Shown here: positions 29,778 to 32,000 of the stretch, piece after piece | Layout: each line of letters starts with the position of its first letter | How positions within the stretch are numbered: the first letter of the stretch is position 1 | Source of the DNA: Saccharolobus solfataricus | GTDB lineage: Archaea > Thermoproteota > Thermoprotei_A > Sulfolobales > Sulfolobaceae | Assembly (NCBI RefSeq): GCF_900079115.1 | Contig: NZ_LT549890.1 | Location: forward strand, 2,310,001-2,342,000 | Length of the DNA stretch: 32,000 nucleotides | Direction of reading: 5' to 3' | The notes under the pieces: model-generated | What the model was told of the DNA's origin: nothing | The model's database searches: none | Seen by the model: the letters and a program-made list of their open reading frames with translations, nothing else | Translations under genes and position numbers: made by a program

Positions 29778-30814
29778 CTAATTATTGCTCTTATATGTAA
29801 TCCTTTCTTCAAATTCTCGTAAGCATCATTTATCTTGTCTGGAGTATAAATATGTGAAACTAACTTCTTAATATCTATCTTACCAGAAGATGCTAGACTA
29901 ACTAGCTCAGGTAGATCAATTCTAGGTCTATAACCTAAACTTCCTATTAAAGTTATACCTCTAGAGACAAATAGTGTTACGGGAATCTGTGCTAATGTAG
30001 AGAATCCCCCCAGTCCAGTAACAACTATAGTCCCTCCACTTTTGACAATTTCTAAAGGCAGTTTGAGATCTGGGTATGGTTTTGTCTCATATACTATATC
30101 AGCTCCATCTTCCAAAACTTCTAGAACTTTAGACCTAGCATCGTTTTCAGTAGCGTTAATAGTGTAAGTTGCACCTAATTCCTTGGCTTTCTTTAGTTTG
30201 TTCTCATCTATATCTACTGCAATAATTGGATTTAACCCCATGGCATTAGCCAACTGTATTGCAGCAGAACCTACACCACCGGAACCCACTATAACAACAC
30301 TCTTCCCAGAAGTAGTATTAGCACTTTTTAATGCGTTATAAGCAGTACCGTATGCACACGCAATCGGTGAAGAGTAGTACGGATCGAGGTTTTTGGCCAA
30401 GGGAATTACTGCTATCTCTGGGACAATTATATATTCAGCGTGGCCTCCATTAATCCCAATTAGACCTACTAATCTTTTCGCATTCTCTTTACAATAATTC
30501 TCTTTACCACTTGCACAATAACTACATATACCACATGGCACAATCCAAGATACTAGAACCGGATCTCCCTCCTTTAATCCATATGGATTCCTAACATTCT
30601 TACCTATCTTCTCGACCCATCCAGCAATCTCATGGCCAATTATAAATCCGTTAGGAAGTGGCCCAACTAATTCACCACTTAACAGATGTAGATCACTATG
30701 ACATATTCCGGTTGAAGCTACTTTCACTAAGATTTCCCCTTCTTTTGGAGTAGGATTAGGAACTTCTTCTATTTCTAATTGCAATCCATGTCCCTTATAT
30801 ATGGCTGCCTTCAT
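29768..30814 (-). CDS. Zinc-dependent alcohol dehydrogenase (MDR family)
   Basis: GICHSD, GHEIAG, structural-zinc motif CGICSYCASGKENYC, and GSGGVG Rossmann motif. 348 aa. Confidence 0.8.
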   Translation of the reverse strand: MKAAIYKGHGLQLEIEEVPNPTPKEGEILVKVASTGICHSDLHLLSGELVGPLPNGFIIGHEIAGWVEKIGKNVRNPYGLKEGDPVLVSWIVPCGICSYCASGKENYCKENAKRLVGLIGINGGHAEYIIVPEIAVIPLAKNLDPYYSSPIACAYGTAYNALKSANTTSGKSVVIVGSGGVGSAAIQLANAMGLNPIIAVDIDENKLKKAKELGATYTINATENDARSKVLEVLEDGADIVYETKPYPDLKLPLEIVKSGGTIVVTGLGGFSTLAQIPVTLFVSRGITLIGSLGYRPRIDLPELVSLASSGKIDIKKLVSHIYTPDKINDAYENLKKGLHIRAIIRWN

Positions 30815-31189
30815 AGTTTCCTTCTATTCTTTAATACAATTAATTTCTTACTTTATAATACTCGACTTTTTATTTAATACCTCTCTAATCAAATATAAAC
30901 TTCTCTACTAATATGAGGAACAATTTTAATGTAAAAATACACATTGTATAAAGTGTATATAACATAAAATACAAGCATAACAGTCAACTTTTAATGGTAG
31001 TGGCAGTGGTGTTTCACCAATTTTACTCAAAATGATACAATTTCTATGGAAGAGAAAAATATCAGAGCGGAGTTAGAAAAATCGGCTTATTTCAACACAA
31101 GAAGCAAAAAATTTTCATATTTGTTGAAGAAACTAACAGAAAACGAGTTTATATATAAAGAGTAATACCATTTGTCTAGTATTATCAAT

Positions 31190-32000
31190 AGAGGAAAGTA
31201 GGTGGAAGGACGAGATGAACAAGAAAAGGTTAAAGCGAGGGACTCCATAACTCCGTTATGCAAACCATGATATTACCCAAAACGGAGCTGAAGTCCCTCG
31301 CTATAACTTTAGCAACAAACAATATTAACGTTATCTCTCAAGATCTAGACCCGGAAATAGTGAAAGCAGCACCATCCTTGCTAACCGGAAACAGAGGAAA
31401 ATACTACTTGAAGGTAGTAAGACGAGGCGAGAAAGTAATTAGTAAAGGTCAGAGAACCTTCAAGTTCTACCCAATCTACAGAGAAGTAAAGGGAGAGATC
31501 AACGTAGTCGCTGTAGATGAGACCGGATTAACCGTGGGAGAAAAGGAACAAGAAAAAGCAGAGGGCTTTCTACTCTACAACTGGAAGAGAAAAGGAGTAA
31601 AGATGAGATCCTTGGACCTCGTATATCCCTTAAGGTTACCCCTCCTAGTGGAGGTAGCAGATTTGAGAAGCGACAGTCCATCACAGTTCCTACTCAGGAG
31701 CGTGAGGGAAGTAAGCCAATACATGGAAATAGATTACGTTGTAGCTGACGCCGGATTCTTGAACCTAGGGGTCATCAAGGAAATGCCCGTGAAGACCATT
31801 GTGAGAGGAAAGTCGAACTTGAAGGGATTCAAGGAACTATCTAACGTTCCATTAGTTGAGAAGAGATATGAGGTTAAGGACAAGGTTTACGTTGCGTATA
31901 GGGTCTTGGAATTTGAAGGGCTTTATTATTACGATGTGGTTTACGTTAAGGGGAAGCCGAGGCACTTCATGTTCGTAACGAACTTCGAGGGAGATCCCTA
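31190..32000 (+). mobile_element. Insertion sequence, left part (continues past the window end); left boundary approximate
   Basis: Abrupt rise in G+C around 31190-31200, followed by a DDE transposase ORF. I could not define the terminal inverted repeat because the other end lies outside the window. Confidence 0.6.
31258..32000 (+). CDS. DDE-type transposase (IS4/IS5/ISH3-like, Sulfolobus ISC-type), N-terminal about 247 codons
   Basis: Frame is open from the ATG at 31258 (MQTMILPKTELKSL...) to the window edge. Contains VVAVDETG (first Asp) and VVADAGF (second Asp) about 75 residues apart. Absent from the ORF track because it is truncated by the window. Confidence 0.7.
   Translation, partial: MQTMILPKTELKSLAITLATNNINVISQDLDPEIVKAAPSLLTGNRGKYYLKVVRRGEKVISKGQRTFKFYPIYREVKGEINVVAVDETGLTVGEKEQEKAEGFLLYNWKRKGVKMRSLDLVYPLRLPLLVEVADLRSDSPSQFLLRSVREVSQYMEIDYVVADAGFLNLGVIKEMPVKTIVRGKSNLKGFKELSNVPLVEKRYEVKDKVYVAYRVLEFEGLYYYDVVYVKGKPRHFMFVTNFEGDP

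Noticed and set aside
1-32000. CRISPR arrays, tRNA or rRNA genes, integrase or att sites, toxin-antitoxin pairs
   Set aside because: I noticed no regularly spaced direct repeats, no cloverleaf-compatible G+C islands other than the two ncRNA candidates, no integrase-like ORF, and no VapC, RelE or HEPN-like partner next to the small AbrB-like gene.

Overview
Low-GC archaeal chromosome segment (about one-third G+C by eye), most consistent with Sulfolobus/Saccharolobus. Supporting signs: GGTGA ribosome-binding sites inside operons, TATA boxes about 25-30 nt upstream of start codons (leaderless mRNAs), sulfocyanin-type cupredoxin, Lrs14-type regulator, catalytic-only ThrRS, Agl24-like glycosyltransferase, ISC-type insertion sequence. 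About 35 protein genes, mostly housekeeping or metabolic: leuCD-type dehydratase, photolyase, GH15 hydrolase, sodium:solute symporter with small subunit, Sir2, sugar nucleotidyltransferase, ogt, thrS, sucCD, several dehydrogenases, thiolase. I saw no CRISPR array, tRNA or rRNA. Points worth a second look: (1) a G+C-rich non-coding island at 10955-11600 holding a probable RNase P RNA (minus strand) and, diverging from it, an unexplained three-hairpin element; (2) a hormone-sensitive-lipase-type esterase cleanly split by a 330-bp MITE-like element with an 8-bp target duplication; (3) a co-directional cluster placing an R2-like ligand-binding oxidase next to a degenerate acyl-CoA-dehydrogenase-like protein, thiolase, SDR and Zn-ADH; (4) two divergent orphan ParA-like ATPases, one beside a small wHTH gene and one behind a perfect palindrome; (5) sucD with no canonical start codon; (6) an ABC protein with an in-frame TAG; (7) a partial IS at the right edge. 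All functional calls come from motif recognition by eye. No database search was run.
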